A stretch of DNA of 64,000 nt from Trichosphaerium sp. ATCC 40318 (Eukaryota > Protista > Tubulinea): contig JALMLS010000304.1 of the NCBI GenBank assembly GCA_038496445.1, forward strand, positions 124,001-188,000, written 5' to 3'. The stretch's first letter is position 1; the number at the start of each line of letters is the position of its first letter. A program made the position numbers and the translations under genes. This document shows, in pieces, positions 14,499 through 27,535 of this stretch. A model generated the notes under the pieces. That model made no database searches. It had not been told where the DNA came from and saw nothing but the letters and a program-made list of their open reading frames with translations.

Positions 14499-15404
14499 TA
14501 AGGAGAACGTGTTTATAGAAGAAAATGTGTATAATCGAACTGGATGATAGACTAGTCAGTTACGATGAATTGTATGAAATTTTTTTTCTTGTTTTGATCA
14601 ATCTGCCAATGACGAAAAACAAAACAAGCCAATAAGTGTAACTAAATAATGTAAGAAATAATAATAACTGTAAAAAAATGTTTTTTTCCATACTCATACC
14701 AAACTGTCCGAGTTCTTTTCTTCATAAACCTCCAGTACCTTTGAACGTAAATCTAGAAACTAGTGCTTGTGTCACCATTGATAATACCATATGATCCCCT
14801 CGCTTGAGGCTCTGTGCGCTGTACCCAAGGAGGCTGAATGAAAAAAAAAGAGGATATGAAACAGCACAAAAGTTATAACTAACAATTGAAAAAGTTCACC
14901 ACGTGATTAAAATAAATACTTTGAACTGATTATGCTGCAAATTTTATACCAGCTAAACGTCATAATATCAGTACGTTGTCTTTGTTATTATGCCACTTGG
15001 ATAGCATATTAGCCATAAAGGGGAAAGCAACTTAATCTGTTTCGACTGACTTGTTGCTTATGCCATGATGTATTAACATAAAAAGCACTTGTAGGTACTT
15101 GGTTTTTAGTGGTGAATAGAGATCTTAGAAAACTGGTTATCGACTTTACCGGTTTAGCAATTCGTAACCGGTTGGGTTACGGTTATGGATATTGAACGTT
15201 GTTGGGTTCATTGTAAGCCACCAGAAGCTTGTATTTAGTCCAAACTACGCTCACTTTAAAATACAAAGTTCTACACATTGAGTGAATTGACTTATTTGCC
15301 ATTTATGTAGCTAGATCAAAAGATATGTATTACATTACAGACATACAATTTACTTTGGTGTGACTATTTAGTACTATTTTAGCCTGCACTAAATAGCGTT
15401 ACCT

Positions 15405-16998
15405 CTAAATGCCATTGGAATAAACAGATATTTCTTTAGCTTGTCCGTTTCTTTGCCACTCTTTATACTCACCATGTATGTTCCAATCAGACCTTTTCCA
15501 AGGCATCTTTTTTCTATGAGCACGAATACACTTCATTTTAAGTTGTCCATTCTCATACCACTCTTTGTATTCACCTCTTTTTTCACGGCCTTGCTTTTCT
15601 TCATTTTCACCATATGTGAAGTGCTTTTTGAGTTGTCTGTTCTCGTGCCACTCTTTATATTCACCATCTCGGTTCCCATCGATGTAATTAGACTGTATGG
15701 CAAGATTTCCATTCTCATGCCACTTTTACATACACCTGTTTTTTTATTGTCAACATATACACACTGCATCTGAAGTTGTCCATTTTCATACCACTCATTG
15801 CATATACCTCTTGTTTTATCATTAACAAACATACACTGCATATAAAGTTGCCCATTTTCATGCCACAGTTTATGCTCACCATTTAGTGTTCCATCAACAT
15901 ACATTTTATGCGCCTGAAGTTGCCCATTTTCATACCACTCTTTGTATTCACCATTCAGGTTTCCATCAATGTACATAGTGTTTCTTAATATTTCCTTTCT
16001 TAGACCACCATTTGTTTTCACCATTTTTCTTACCATCAACGTATATGCATTGTTTATAAAGTTGCCCACTATCATGCCACGATTTATACTCACCATTTAG
16101 TTTATTGTCAATGTACATACCATGCACCTTAAGTTGCCATTTTCATGCCACAATTTATACTCACCATTTAGTTTGCCATTAACATACAACCATTGTAACT
16201 TAAGCATTCCACTCTCATAAAACTTTGTACCAATTCCGTTTTCTTTGCCATTAGAATACATTTGTTTTTCACAAAGCTGTTCTCTTTCTCCTTCTCCTTG
16301 ACAAAACCATTCATTATATTCTCCATCTATTGCATCATCAATGTATTTGCAATATATCTCTAATCGTCCTCCATAGCCCCACTTTTTGTACTCACCATTT
16401 TTCTTACCATCAACATACACTGATATGTAAGATCTCCATGTTCATCCCACTCTTTGTACTCACCATTTGTCTTACCATCAATGCACCAGAAATGTTTATG
16501 TAATTTACGATTATATTCGTACCACAGCTTGTACTCACCAGTACACTTACCTGAGACAAACGAAGTATGTAATTTACGTTGTCCAGTAGTAAACCACTGC
16601 TTGTATTCACCATTCGGTTCATCATTAACCCATTGACACTCTATGTTGATTAGACCATAAAGGCAATCTTGTTTTGTATCTTTGTGCCACTGCTTGTACT
16701 CGCCATTCTTTTTATTATCAATAAGATTGTATCGGGACTTAACTTGACCATTTGGAAACCACTCCATCCAAATACCATTCTTTTCAAGGTTGATATTGTA
16801 GTGCGTATTGATTGCAGCAACTTTGGAAAGCGCATTGAACTTCTTGAAAGTTTCCTCATTGAATGTGCATAAATATCTTTGAATATCACGTGGCAGGTCT
16901 AACACTGTGCTATGCGGTACTGCTAGTGATGCATCTAAAAGAAACCTTGTGAGCACCACGCAACAACTTTGTAACAGATGATAAATACCCTCAACCAT
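15405..16998 (-). pseudogene. F-box-like + MORN-variant (YwqK-like) repeat gene with four frameshifts
   Basis: VLDLPRDIQRYL, then many ~24-aa repeats of type YVDGKLNGEYKEWYENGQL. Frame breaks near 16415, 16135, 15980 and 15725; terminal TAG at 15405. Confidence 0.75.
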
Positions 16999-17384
16999 TC
17001 ATCATCAGCGCAATAACTCATTGTTTTCGACAACCTTATAATTGTTTTTCTAACCTTCACTCGTTTTGCGAAGCAAGAAAGCTGTTGAAAAATGAGAATA
17101 ATAGCAAAAAGTTAACATAAACCGTGTTGATTCCAGCAACCGCTATAACAGGAGAAGGGTGCTTGGAGAACTCGAGGAGATTAAGTGTGTTTATTTGGGT
17201 TGATTACAGTTGACCGGCGTGAGCCAGTCCGTACATTACACCGCCAGTCTAACCCAGTTATGTTGATAAAATAGAGAAAATGTTTTTCTGGTTCATCTAG
17301 TATAGCGCGTGTTATAAAATTACAAGTTTGTTTATTATTGTTGCTCGATATCGATTACCGTTATGTACACTTTACAAAAAAAAA

Positions 17385-18912
17385 TTACATTAAATCGGAG
17401 CTACTTGTACTATTATACACATAACGACTATCTGTCTTTGATAATTCTTTCATCATATCTTTTAACCGCCTTTTTAGATATGCATTCTCCCTTCTAAGAC
17501 GTGCAGAGTCGCTTGATTTTTGAGAAGAAGGAGAAGACTGAGAAGAAGAACCTCTCGTCTTTTTAGGTGATATCTCTTTTTTAAAGAGCTGTGAGTATGT
17601 CAATCGTTTTCTACTTGATGCAGCCGGCGTAGCCTTTACAAGAGTTTTGCCTAGCCTAACAACAAAAATCAGAATAAAAAAGCAATGACACAAACTTCCA
17701 ATTTTTCGTACAGTGGTTTCCTCCTTCGTCTTCTTTTTGGACTTTCGTCACATACCGGATAAATAGTGCTTCTTTTCTCCGTCTGGGAAAGGTTTTCTGT
17801 TGCATAGTCCATGTACGAAGGGCGTTGTGAGTTTGTTTTCCCTTTTTTCGCAGCTGCTTGGCGGCATGTTGCCGTAGAAGGTTTATATACAAAGGGAGAC
17901 GGATCTATAAGTGCGCTAGAGCTAGAGTTGGAGCTGTAGTTGCGGTGAGGTGCTGAATCAATTGGAGAAGGACTAGAAATAGATTCTATGGAATCCAAGG
18001 CTAAGAATAAGAATGAGAAGAGAGGTGACAGTTGCAACTTTTGGTTGTTCGTACAGTCAGTTGTTACACATAGTGGTGTTGTTGCTCTGTTTTAGCTCTC
18101 TTTAAGTTCCTCTCGTGTAATTTCTTGTTTGCTTCATACACCTTGCGCTTACGTTCTTTCCTTGTGGGTCGTTGCTTCTGTACCGGTACAGCTGGCGTAG
18201 ATCCTTTGTACATTAGTTATAATCCTAGTCTGTAGCGTGGAGAGTACCTGCGTAGAGTGTTCTCGGTGCTCGTTGCTTCTTATGCGTCTTATGACTTCTG
18301 TGTTTCACCTAAAAGAAAATGTTTGTGGGTGTCACTTGAGAATACAAATAGCACATATTCAAACGTTTTAGAGCAATCAATGTGGCGGGAAAGTGTAATT
18401 CCCCACCAATTGCACAAAATCTAACGCACCTTATTTGGTACGCGTTTACGGCGTTTGGCGGGAGACGTAGGGTGCTTTTGGAGCGCTATTCGCGGACGCT
18501 TTCTTGAAAGCAATACGTTACTGTAGCAAGTGTCTTCTACCTCCTCTACATCCGTATCCTTTTCAAACCTAAAGGCTCCAATCTTGTTATCTTTGGAGGC
18601 TAAGGCTTTCAAATGTCGCGTGTTGCTATTGAACGCGTTGAGAGGTTCCTCAATGCCCATCGTTCTTAGTCTCGTTGACATAGGTCGGCGTTCTTTGCGC
18701 ACAAAGTCAAGATCAACGGGTCTATCTCCAACACGTATTTTACCACTTTTTGCACGTAGTAGATCTGAAAATCGCGGCCCTACATTTCGATTGTTGGAAG
18801 TGGTTGAAGGATGCCACATATCCACTAATATGCGTATAAGGTACTTAGTATCAGTGTGAGAAACAGTTGTAGGTGCTTGGACAAAAGTAGGACCAAAGTT
18901 CAATTCCAACAT
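17385..18912 (-). CDS. Hypothetical basic, Ser-rich (probably nuclear) protein
   Basis: ORF 18421-18918 ends at donor AAG|GTGCGT and continues through ORFs 17669-18037 and 17385-17693; several NLS-like basic clusters. Confidence 0.55.
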
Positions 18913-18973
18913 GGTCAAATATTGTAATTTACAGCAAGAAGAAGACCAAGAAAGCTGCTGGCATCAAACGAAC

Positions 18974-21534
18974 ATGGCAGAAGGATTATTTGGGAGCTAT
19001 GGGATAAATACCGGTGTTTCGACTAGACACCGCAAACCCGCTCCTAATGTAAAGGGGTTGAGTAATCTGGGAAATACATGTTTTATGAACGCTGTACTGC
19101 AGGTAAGTTTATTTAACTCCAACACGCTGTACACTACGAAAAGCAGTGCTGAATTCAATGCAGTTTTTTTTGATAGTATCCTTGTTCATAACAATTTCAT
19201 CTGATTTTCGCCCAGGCTCTCGCCAGCTTACAATCTTTCCATGTATATGTCTATTCGCATAAAAAGATCGCACTGGGCAAAGTAACGGAAAGTATATTCA
19301 GAACTTTAGGAGGTGCGTTGAATTCTAGAACATAAACTGTCCCTGTAACCATATATGACCTTCACGACAACAAACGTAACAAAAAATTCTTTTTCATCAC
19401 TACGACAAAAATGTCCAACAGCCCAAAAAAACAGTTATACTGACATTATAACGTTAGAAATGTCTAATAGCGGCGGAAGCGAAAGTATCTCTCCGCCTAT
19501 TGCGAAAAACAGGTCATTAGGTCGTTTTCTAACTGGACAGCAACAAGTAAGCATACGCCCATTAATCGCTTGCACTATGCTAAAAAACTGACTAAAAGGA
19601 CTCTCACGAATTTTTACGTTTCTTGCTATCGAAGCTTGAAGAGGAAGTAGAAAGAAAGCAGATCGCTCAGCATTTGGCTTGGGCGATATTGGCGCAGATA
19701 ACCGCTTGTGTGCAAAGGTACTAACGATTATTTTTTTGTTTTTTTGTCATTTTTTTTTTTTGGACTTTGCGTTGGTTTTGGTTAAAAACCAGTTACACGG
19801 CATCTAAAAACTCTGTTCCGATCGCTCCGCATGTTGTATTCATCCGTTATTTTGAATGCTTTAACTTTGACTTTCAAATTAAATTTCTTTTTTAATTGGC
19901 TTTAATGATCTACACCTATCTAAGCATGCTTGTTTTTGCGATTGTTGGTATTTAATGCCGACTGTAGTAGATTTTTTTCCAGAACACAAAATAGTCGCTT
20001 AAGAAATAGTTAACTCGCGTCAATTGTCATTATTAAATTTTCTTACACTCGTTAAAGCGATAAACTGGCTTTTTAAACTTTCTCACGAACATTTTCTCAA
20101 AATGTTTTTTTCCACGTTCAACTACTCGCGTTTCTTTCTTGCTTTCTTTTTTTATTTTTTCTCAACGTTATTCTTTAGGATAGACCAATTAGCGCAAAAT
20201 TCGTAGTGGCATCAGCACAGTGTTGCTCAAAGTTCAACCCGTTAATGGCCCCGAAGGAAGAAAATGTTGTTTTTATGCGTAACCCATTCTTTGGTATTAT
20301 TGCTAATACTCTTGAATGCGAAAAGTGCCATAACAAAGTACGTTTTGCACTTGTTTTTGAACCCGAAAAAAAAAAGATAAATTACGCATACGATGCCCTG
20401 CAATTTGCCATTATCACTTGCGCTAGCTGATCGCGTGCATCGTTTTGTTTTTTTTTTGTAGACTTATATAGCACGTAGTCGACTACTTATGAGAAATTTC
20501 TCGATCTATCCCTTCCATTACCACGCGAATCTGGTGTACGTTTTATTAGCTTTGTATTTGTGATTGATTTTTTGGTGAACTGACATTTATTTTTTTTCTT
20601 CCAGGTTGAATCTGTTTCTGGGCTCTTACAACGTTATTTCACAACAGAAACTATACCAGAGGTTTATTGCGAAAGATGTGGTGAAGCAGCTGGTGTTGGC
20701 CCAAAATATCCAGTTCCTCATACAAAATCGACGTCTATTGTACGTAATTCGTTTATTGGATATCGCTACTAGCGGATAATCAATTATTCCGGCGTTTTTA
20801 GCAGCAACAAAAACTGTGCACTGAAGTACAAAGCAATCGCTTATTTTTTTAGACTTTTTTTGCTTTTTTTTCTTTCGCTCTTTACCAACGTTATTCCTTT
20901 TTAGATTCGCTACCCGACTCTTCTTTGCCTTCATGTGAACAGATTAGGCCATAATGAGAATACAGGATTACAAAAGAATAACCAGCAATGTTTTTATGAT
21001 TTTGATCTTGATCTCCTTCCGTATTCTTATCAAGAAGATGAAACTGGTTATTCAGGCTCGTCAACGGATAACTCAGGCCCACAGAACACAAGTTTCTTCT
21101 GTAAAGAGTTACTACCTACACCTGATGACGATGAAGAGAGAGGAGGATCTTTATCTCCTTCACATAGATTATTGAGTGAGCTTGTTAAAAAAGCTGAAGA
21201 ATACACACCTTCTAAAGATGAAGAAAAATCTACTTCTAGAGATGATAATGAGGTTCTTGAGGTTGGTTATAAGCTTGCATCTGTTGTTGTACATAAGGGA
21301 GGAGCAACTGGCGGACATTATACTTGTTATAGAAGATTATTACATGAAGAGAGTCTGAGGGATATTGAAGATTATGAAAAGTTTTTAAAGAATGTTTTGA
21401 TTCAGAGGTCAGATACATCTAATCCTGCTTTATCAGATAGATGGGTACATATATCAGATAATGTAGTAAACCCTGCTTCAGAGCGTGACGTTATTGGTGC
21501 TAAAGCATACTTGTTGTTCTATGAGAAGGAGTAA
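18974..21534 (+). CDS. Ubiquitin-specific protease (peptidase C19)
   Basis: Cys box GLSNLGNTCFMNAVLQ, QQ|DSHEF, His box YKLASVVVHKGGATGGHYTCY, WVHISD, AYLLFYE. Confidence 0.92.
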
Positions 21535-21608
21535 AAAACAGGAAAAAAAAAAGAAAAATCAAAAACAAGAAAAAAAAGAACAAAGAAGAAGACGAAGGAT
21601 TAAAGCGC

Positions 21609-21673
21609 TCCCCCTAAACCAACATAACCCGTGACCCCTACCATCCCCCCACTACCCCCCACAACCACCCCCA
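21609..21673 (-). other. G-rich (minus strand) / C-rich tract with G-quadruplex potential downstream of the USP gene
   Basis: Six runs of 3 or more C on + in 65 bp within AT-rich flanks. Confidence 0.45.
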
Positions 21674-22389
21674 TTTGTAAATTTTTTATTATTTTAGCCT
21701 TTTTTTACTGTTTGTTTTTTTTGTTTGGTAAAACAATAATAAAGACTAAAAGAATCATTCCATTCTCTTTATAAAAAAAAGTCTTCGTTGGTTTCTGTTT
21801 AATACTATTTGCTCATAGCTTCTTTCGGTTATTGGTGGCGATCTTACTTGGTGCAGGTGTTTTACGACGGTGATAATTGGTTCTCAGTTTTTTCTGACTC
21901 AGTTAAAAATTACGCTGATTTTACTCCCGCGAGTTTCTTAATTATTGATATCAAACAAAATCCAATTTAACCTACACTAATCACGTGGTGTAAAGCTACA
22001 TCCGTGATAGCCAACGCCTATAGAACCAGAATTGTAGAGTTCACAGGTTCGCTTAGGCTAACCATTTTAAAATGCTATGAGGTGAGTTTTTATGGCTGCG
22101 AACGCAGTTGTACGTTATTTCAATATTGTGACTTATTTACGTTCATTAATATCGACACAATGGGAACTGTTCTCGTACCAATAATTAATAAACTCGCGGC
22201 TCTTAGCTGATTTCGCTGGTTGCCTGCAATACTTGGTACCGTTGTAACCACAATTTTGCATGCTACTAAACGGCAACTTAGGCCCAATCCGCTGGAAACA
22301 TTCAGTGGGGCATTGGCGGGACTACAGGCAAAAACAAAAAACCACCGCTAACCAAGGACTATTGACCGCAGTATTTTTTGTTTATTTTG

Positions 22390-24304
22390 TTTTACAATTG
22401 CCTTTCTGGTGTGGATGTCACTTCCGGCATGTCTACGCTATTCAGACTACCTTGTGTACCAGATGATTTTGTTACTGCACTTGCACCTGTTATTCTAGGT
22501 GGTTTGAAACTCCATACTTGTATAATTGATAAGGTGTTAAATATTGCTACTGATGAAAACCAGAATATTGCCTTTGGTGTAGGTAAGACCCCGAATCCAT
22601 TGTCTAAAGAGTAAAAAGTGAGAATTTAAGTATAATTTTGTTTTTCTTAGAATTATGATTGCACGTGCATGATATAAATATTATTGGTAGTAGAATAATA
22701 AGAAATAATATAGTGGAGAATGTTATGACACGAAAATGAAGCTAAAACAAAGGGCATCAGCACATAAAAACAAGCATTGGTCGGTGGATTAGTTCCACGT
22801 CCAGTTAGTTAGTGTCGTTGTGTTAAATAATAAATCAGTTTCAAAGGTTTTAGGTGAATGGTTCAGAGGTTTAAGGAATACTGCGACAGTTTGTTGAATT
22901 GATAAAGCATTTGGAGTGCTCTTTTGATGCTTGTAAATAAAATTAGCGTACCGCTCTTAAGAGTCCTTTTGTGTCCGCTGAGCGTTGCATCTGCTTCAAA
23001 CGACCTCGTACTTTAAGTACAACATATAGACAGTAACCAAGTACAAGAGCATTTGTAATAGTAAGGACGAGGGCTTGAATCAGCTGAGTGAACAAAAATG
23101 CAGGCGACAAAAAATCAGTGTAAATTAGTGTAGATCTTGCAATGCTAAATCCAATTTCAAGTGCCAAAATAATTCCAGACATGATAAAGAAAGGTATCTT
23201 TAACTTTTTCAAAAAGGGTGATATATGAAGACTTAGGGAAATGAGAGATTCGTGCCTACATTTTCGTTGGTAACAAATACGAATAGAAAACATTCTTTTT
23301 TTATCTTTTTTTTTATCGGTTTTTTAACGTACCAGTAGAGCATTACCATCAAGTTTGTTGCAGTAGCAAAAGGCATATGGAACGTGAATAACATCTCCAA
23401 TAGCCATGCGGGATAAATATGTCGAGAACCCAAAGGATCAATCAAGATAAAACCAAGTCGAAAGATATTAGAACAAATCTCAAGAATAATAGCAAATTGA
23501 GGAACTGACATTTGAAATCCTAGCTTTCTCACAAATTGTATGTATCTAACAACAGGTTACTATTACCCTATACACGTATAATAATACCTTATCATCGCTA
23601 CGAGTAAAGATATAATGGTAAACGCGGCGATTAAAACATGAAAAACTAGAATTAACATTTAGCTCGCAACCAAAAAACCATCTTTTTTTTTACAAAACAG
23701 AAAAAGCACGTGCCCAAGAACAATGTAGAAGTGTACACAGTATACCATATGTTCTCTCTAGATGTTATAAGAACATCAAGACTACCGTTGATTGTAGAAA
23801 TGCGATGTTGTGACACCATAGGCACAGTAACGAACGATAAATCGTCTGATCACGTGATTAATACGACAAAAAAAAATTAAGTATCAAAAAAAAAAACCGT
23901 ACTGTAGAAGTTCGCAAAGTTTGTTTCTCCTAGTTGAGACTCTACGTCACCGGGATAATATTCTACTATTGCTATTATTCCTTGAGAGTGCCACTCTTCA
24001 TAGCGTCGACGATCTGAAGGAAACTGTGTGAGGATGGCCTTGCCTAATGTAAATGATTAAATACTCCTTCCATTTTTTACTAGAGTGGGGGATATATTAT
24101 ACCGGCCTACTTACCTTGTAGCTCTCCAGAATAAGGTAGTACTAGTGTGGCGTTGACTGGAGAGAAATGAAGGGAGTTCTTGCCAAAGCGAAGAGGGATC
24201 GCTGGATACGTTATTGTAAGGTTGTTTGGACCAGATACAAGGGTGACGTCGCTACTACATAGGCTACACAGGCACAGAACCAAAAAACATATCACGTGGT
24301 ACAT
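22390..24304 (-). CDS. Signal peptide + extracellular domain + multi-pass (7TM-like) membrane protein; contains 2 GC-AG introns
   Basis: Hydrophobic N-terminus MYHVICFLVLCLCSLCSS and a series of TM exons; 3' end approximate. Confidence 0.65.
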
Positions 24305-24835
24305 TTTTTAGACTATAAACCAATGGCTGGTTTGGTGTGCTTTGGTGGGGTGCGTAGGAAAGCAAGTGATTAAATATAATTGAGTTAGAAATAAATGTGA
24401 ATGTTTCTTACTTTTTTTTAATGTTTTATTTTAAACTGAGCAGTCTCGCTCTGCTTTATACTAAACAAGCCCTTTTAAGTCAAAACCTACTGAAAACTGT
24501 TTGATACGCCAGTTTCTTTATTTGGTTTCTCTGCTACTGCCGGTGCTCAAGAAACGGTTGTCAAATATCCAGATTATACGAAAATGTAAAGCAGTTGTGC
24601 TGGTACTATTACCGGATATTCTGGAGAATAAGCTTTTAGAAATTCTAAACAACAAAACGCTAGAACACGTGATTACGTGATTGTAATTATGTCGATGTGT
24701 AACCAAGGGCTGTAGGTTTCTAAAAATACAGGTTTGCACGTGATAATTTTTCTAATCGTGAAGGCTTGACATACCATTGCTGCAAAGTTTAACGACAAGA
24801 AGTAAGCAACTTATTTGTAGCAAGTTAATTTTTTT

Positions 24836-26302
24836 TTAATTGCCTACAATGACAGGAGTTTCTGCTAAAAAGTCATCAATGAATTTCCACCAATTGTCAG
24901 GTATTGGTGATTTCCACACATCAACCTCTTGTATTCCCTTTGATTTAATGTGATCAAATCTTTTCTTTAACTCAGCATCACTGTATGTTGCGTTCGTGTT
25001 TCCTACTGTTGTCTCTAAACCAATACCAAGTTGTTGAACTGAAAACACCTCTACGGCTTCATTGAAGACCTTTTGCCATGCTGTCCAGTTATTTGTGTAT
25101 GTTGACATCAACCTAATGACTTTAGTTGGTAAACAAGAATTGACAGAGCGCCGGGTTGCTTTTCTTAAAAGAAGAAAAAAAGAAGAAAGGATTATTGAGT
25201 AAGTGCTCGTACATGAAGCGATCTACACTAGTTTTACTTAGAGCATCCATATTCCATATTGAATTCCAAGTTGCAAATGCGACAGTAAGTTTCAAGCCCT
25301 ATAAAGAGAGTATTAATATAAAACAACACCAAACAACAAAAAAGTGTTTGCGAAAACTTTCTACAGAAAAATCTGATGATTTCTGGTAATGTTGACTCCA
25401 TTGTCGTACTTCCTCATGCATACGATCGGCGAAATAACTTAAAAATTTGGCGTAATCTATTGAATAGCGAAAGAATTAGAATCATTGACAAAAAAGAGAA
25501 AAAGAACAAAAAAAAACCTATGTACCAAGTGCATCTTGAGGAGTTGCTTTGGTTGTTGGTTCCCAGTCAACGTTATAGCCGGTGTACCCTTGTTCTTTTG
25601 CTCTTGAAATAAAGTCACTAAAACGTAATTACAAAGGTGAACTTACTCTTTAATAGCAGGTGTAATGAACTTGTCTGGATTCGCAAATGTCTGTAAAAAA
25701 AAAACTTAGTAAGGAGTTGCTATGTTTGTTCTTACTTCACGCATCCATGATAAGAGCTGTGGTGGGTAAGGATAAGATGATACCTAAAAAAACATTAAGC
25801 TACAACATCACGTTTCTCTTTGGCCTAATACTGAAAAGCGCCTTCGAAAAAGTGGTGGAACATTGTCACAAGTTTTTTCTGCTTTTTCTGGCTAGTTAAC
25901 GTTTTCTTTTTTTGGTTGCTGTTCGATAAAAGTGTAGTGTACCATTGGAAGGTTTTCAAGGCCCATTTTCTGTATTCTACGAGCTACTTGTGTGAGGTTG
26001 TTTCTGACCAATGTTGAGTTTGGTCCGAGATTGTACAGTTCGTATGATACTGCAGCTAGTGATCCCTTATGCGCCTCAATGTTCTATACAGTATTTTTTT
26101 AGCTTTTTGCTGTTGTTGAGCACAAGTTACCTTCAAATGTTCCTCTGTTTGTTCTGGAGTGAACCCACAACGCTGTAGACACATCCTAGAATATTATAAC
26201 GACCATTCCTCATTAATCAATAAAACAATAAACGTACCATGGCATAACGCGGTTTGCAACCGCCAAAGATACCAAAATGACAACTAGAAACGCAAACTTC
26301 AT
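24836..26302 (-). CDS. Secreted glycoside hydrolase, GH18-like
   Basis: Signal peptide MKFAFLVVILVSLAVA; GYTGYNVDWEP (DxE catalytic motif); LMSTY; LGIGL. Confidence 0.7.
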
Positions 26303-26440
26303 TACAGAAAATTCAAAATAGTAAACTTTACTAATGTTGAATCTTGTGACAACTTTTTTATCTGATTCTGCTTTATTTTCTTTCCTATTTGATTACAAGT
26401 ACTATTAATGCATTTTATTGCTAGTCCATAACCTCACTCT

Positions 26441-27098
26441 TTACTTGTAGCCTTTTTAGGCCTTATTTGGCTGACCCGGAACGTTTTTTAGAACGACATA
26501 CTTTGAAATCCCTTTAACGAGACCCTCTAAATGATGTGAGCGCGGTTTAGTCTATTATAGCAGTACCTTGGAACTCCTTGCACGAAATACGTTTGTCGCC
26601 GTTCGGGTCACAGAATGTTTCCAATTCTTTAAGATAGGCACCTCCTGAGGAAGTGCGTAAGCGCGCAAAGAGACTTAAAATAACGTGCGATCTTTTTCAG
26701 ACGGAGGGAATGCGCATTTGTCCTTTTTTCTTCTTGGATCGTCTTTTGGAATCGCGGACTCTGGTATCTGCGTCGTAGGCCTTTAACGTGTTACTTAAAA
26801 CAAAAAAAGAAACAAACCAGTGAAAGTGTGTTACATGACACGGCAAGTGTTACTTACACTAGAGGTGTTATCTTTCCCCTTATAATTGAACGTTAGAAGG
26901 AGATCACGTGAATACTGCGTACCACATCCAATCAAACACTTCATTTAGGAATAACGACATCTCCTCTCCATCTAGATGACCATTATCGTCCTTGTCGTAG
27001 TTTAACCATATTTTTTGAAGGTGGTTTATGTTTAGCGGCTTTCTATGTTTGATATCATCGGCTATTTCATCTAAATACTTTGTAGTCTTTGCTCCCAT
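26441..27098 (-). CDS. Small EF-hand calcium-binding protein
   Basis: YDKDDNGHLDGEEM and CDPNGDKRISCKEF loops; MGAK N-terminus. Confidence 0.75.
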
Positions 27099-27535
27099 CT
27101 TGTGTTACTCTTAACTTATTTTGTTGTTATTTTAGCCCAGACTTGTTTTAGACAGCCAAATCCTGCTTTTCGAAGTTGTTTTTAGTACCAGTACACAACT
27201 CCTAGTTACCCTAATAATAATGTAGTAGCCAGGGGTAAAAGGGAGAGGAGCTGAGTTTCTCAGGAGACGGAAAAACCTAAAGTCTTTTTTTGTCTCTTTT
27301 TTTTTTTTTACTGTTATTACAATTTACAAGTAGCTTTTTGTTTTAAAGCGCGTACGATACTCCTTTCAGTGTCATCTACATCCAAACATCATTGAAAACC
27401 GGAGATCATCGGGAATGGCTCAAGTTTTAAACATGATTCAATAATGAAGTGTTGCGTTGTGAACTTTTTTCAAAACGGGGAAAAACAGTTGTTCCTCCCT
27501 CGCTTCTTTTTTTTCATTTTGTTCATTTTTTTTTG

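Noticed and set aside
14700-14840. Minus-strand fragment ARGSYGII resembling a kinase Gly-loop
   Set aside because: Stops in all frames and no other kinase motifs nearby.
15163-15181. Hairpin CGTAACC-GGTTG-GGTTACG
   Set aside because: A single 7-bp stem with no TIR/TSD or RNA-gene context.
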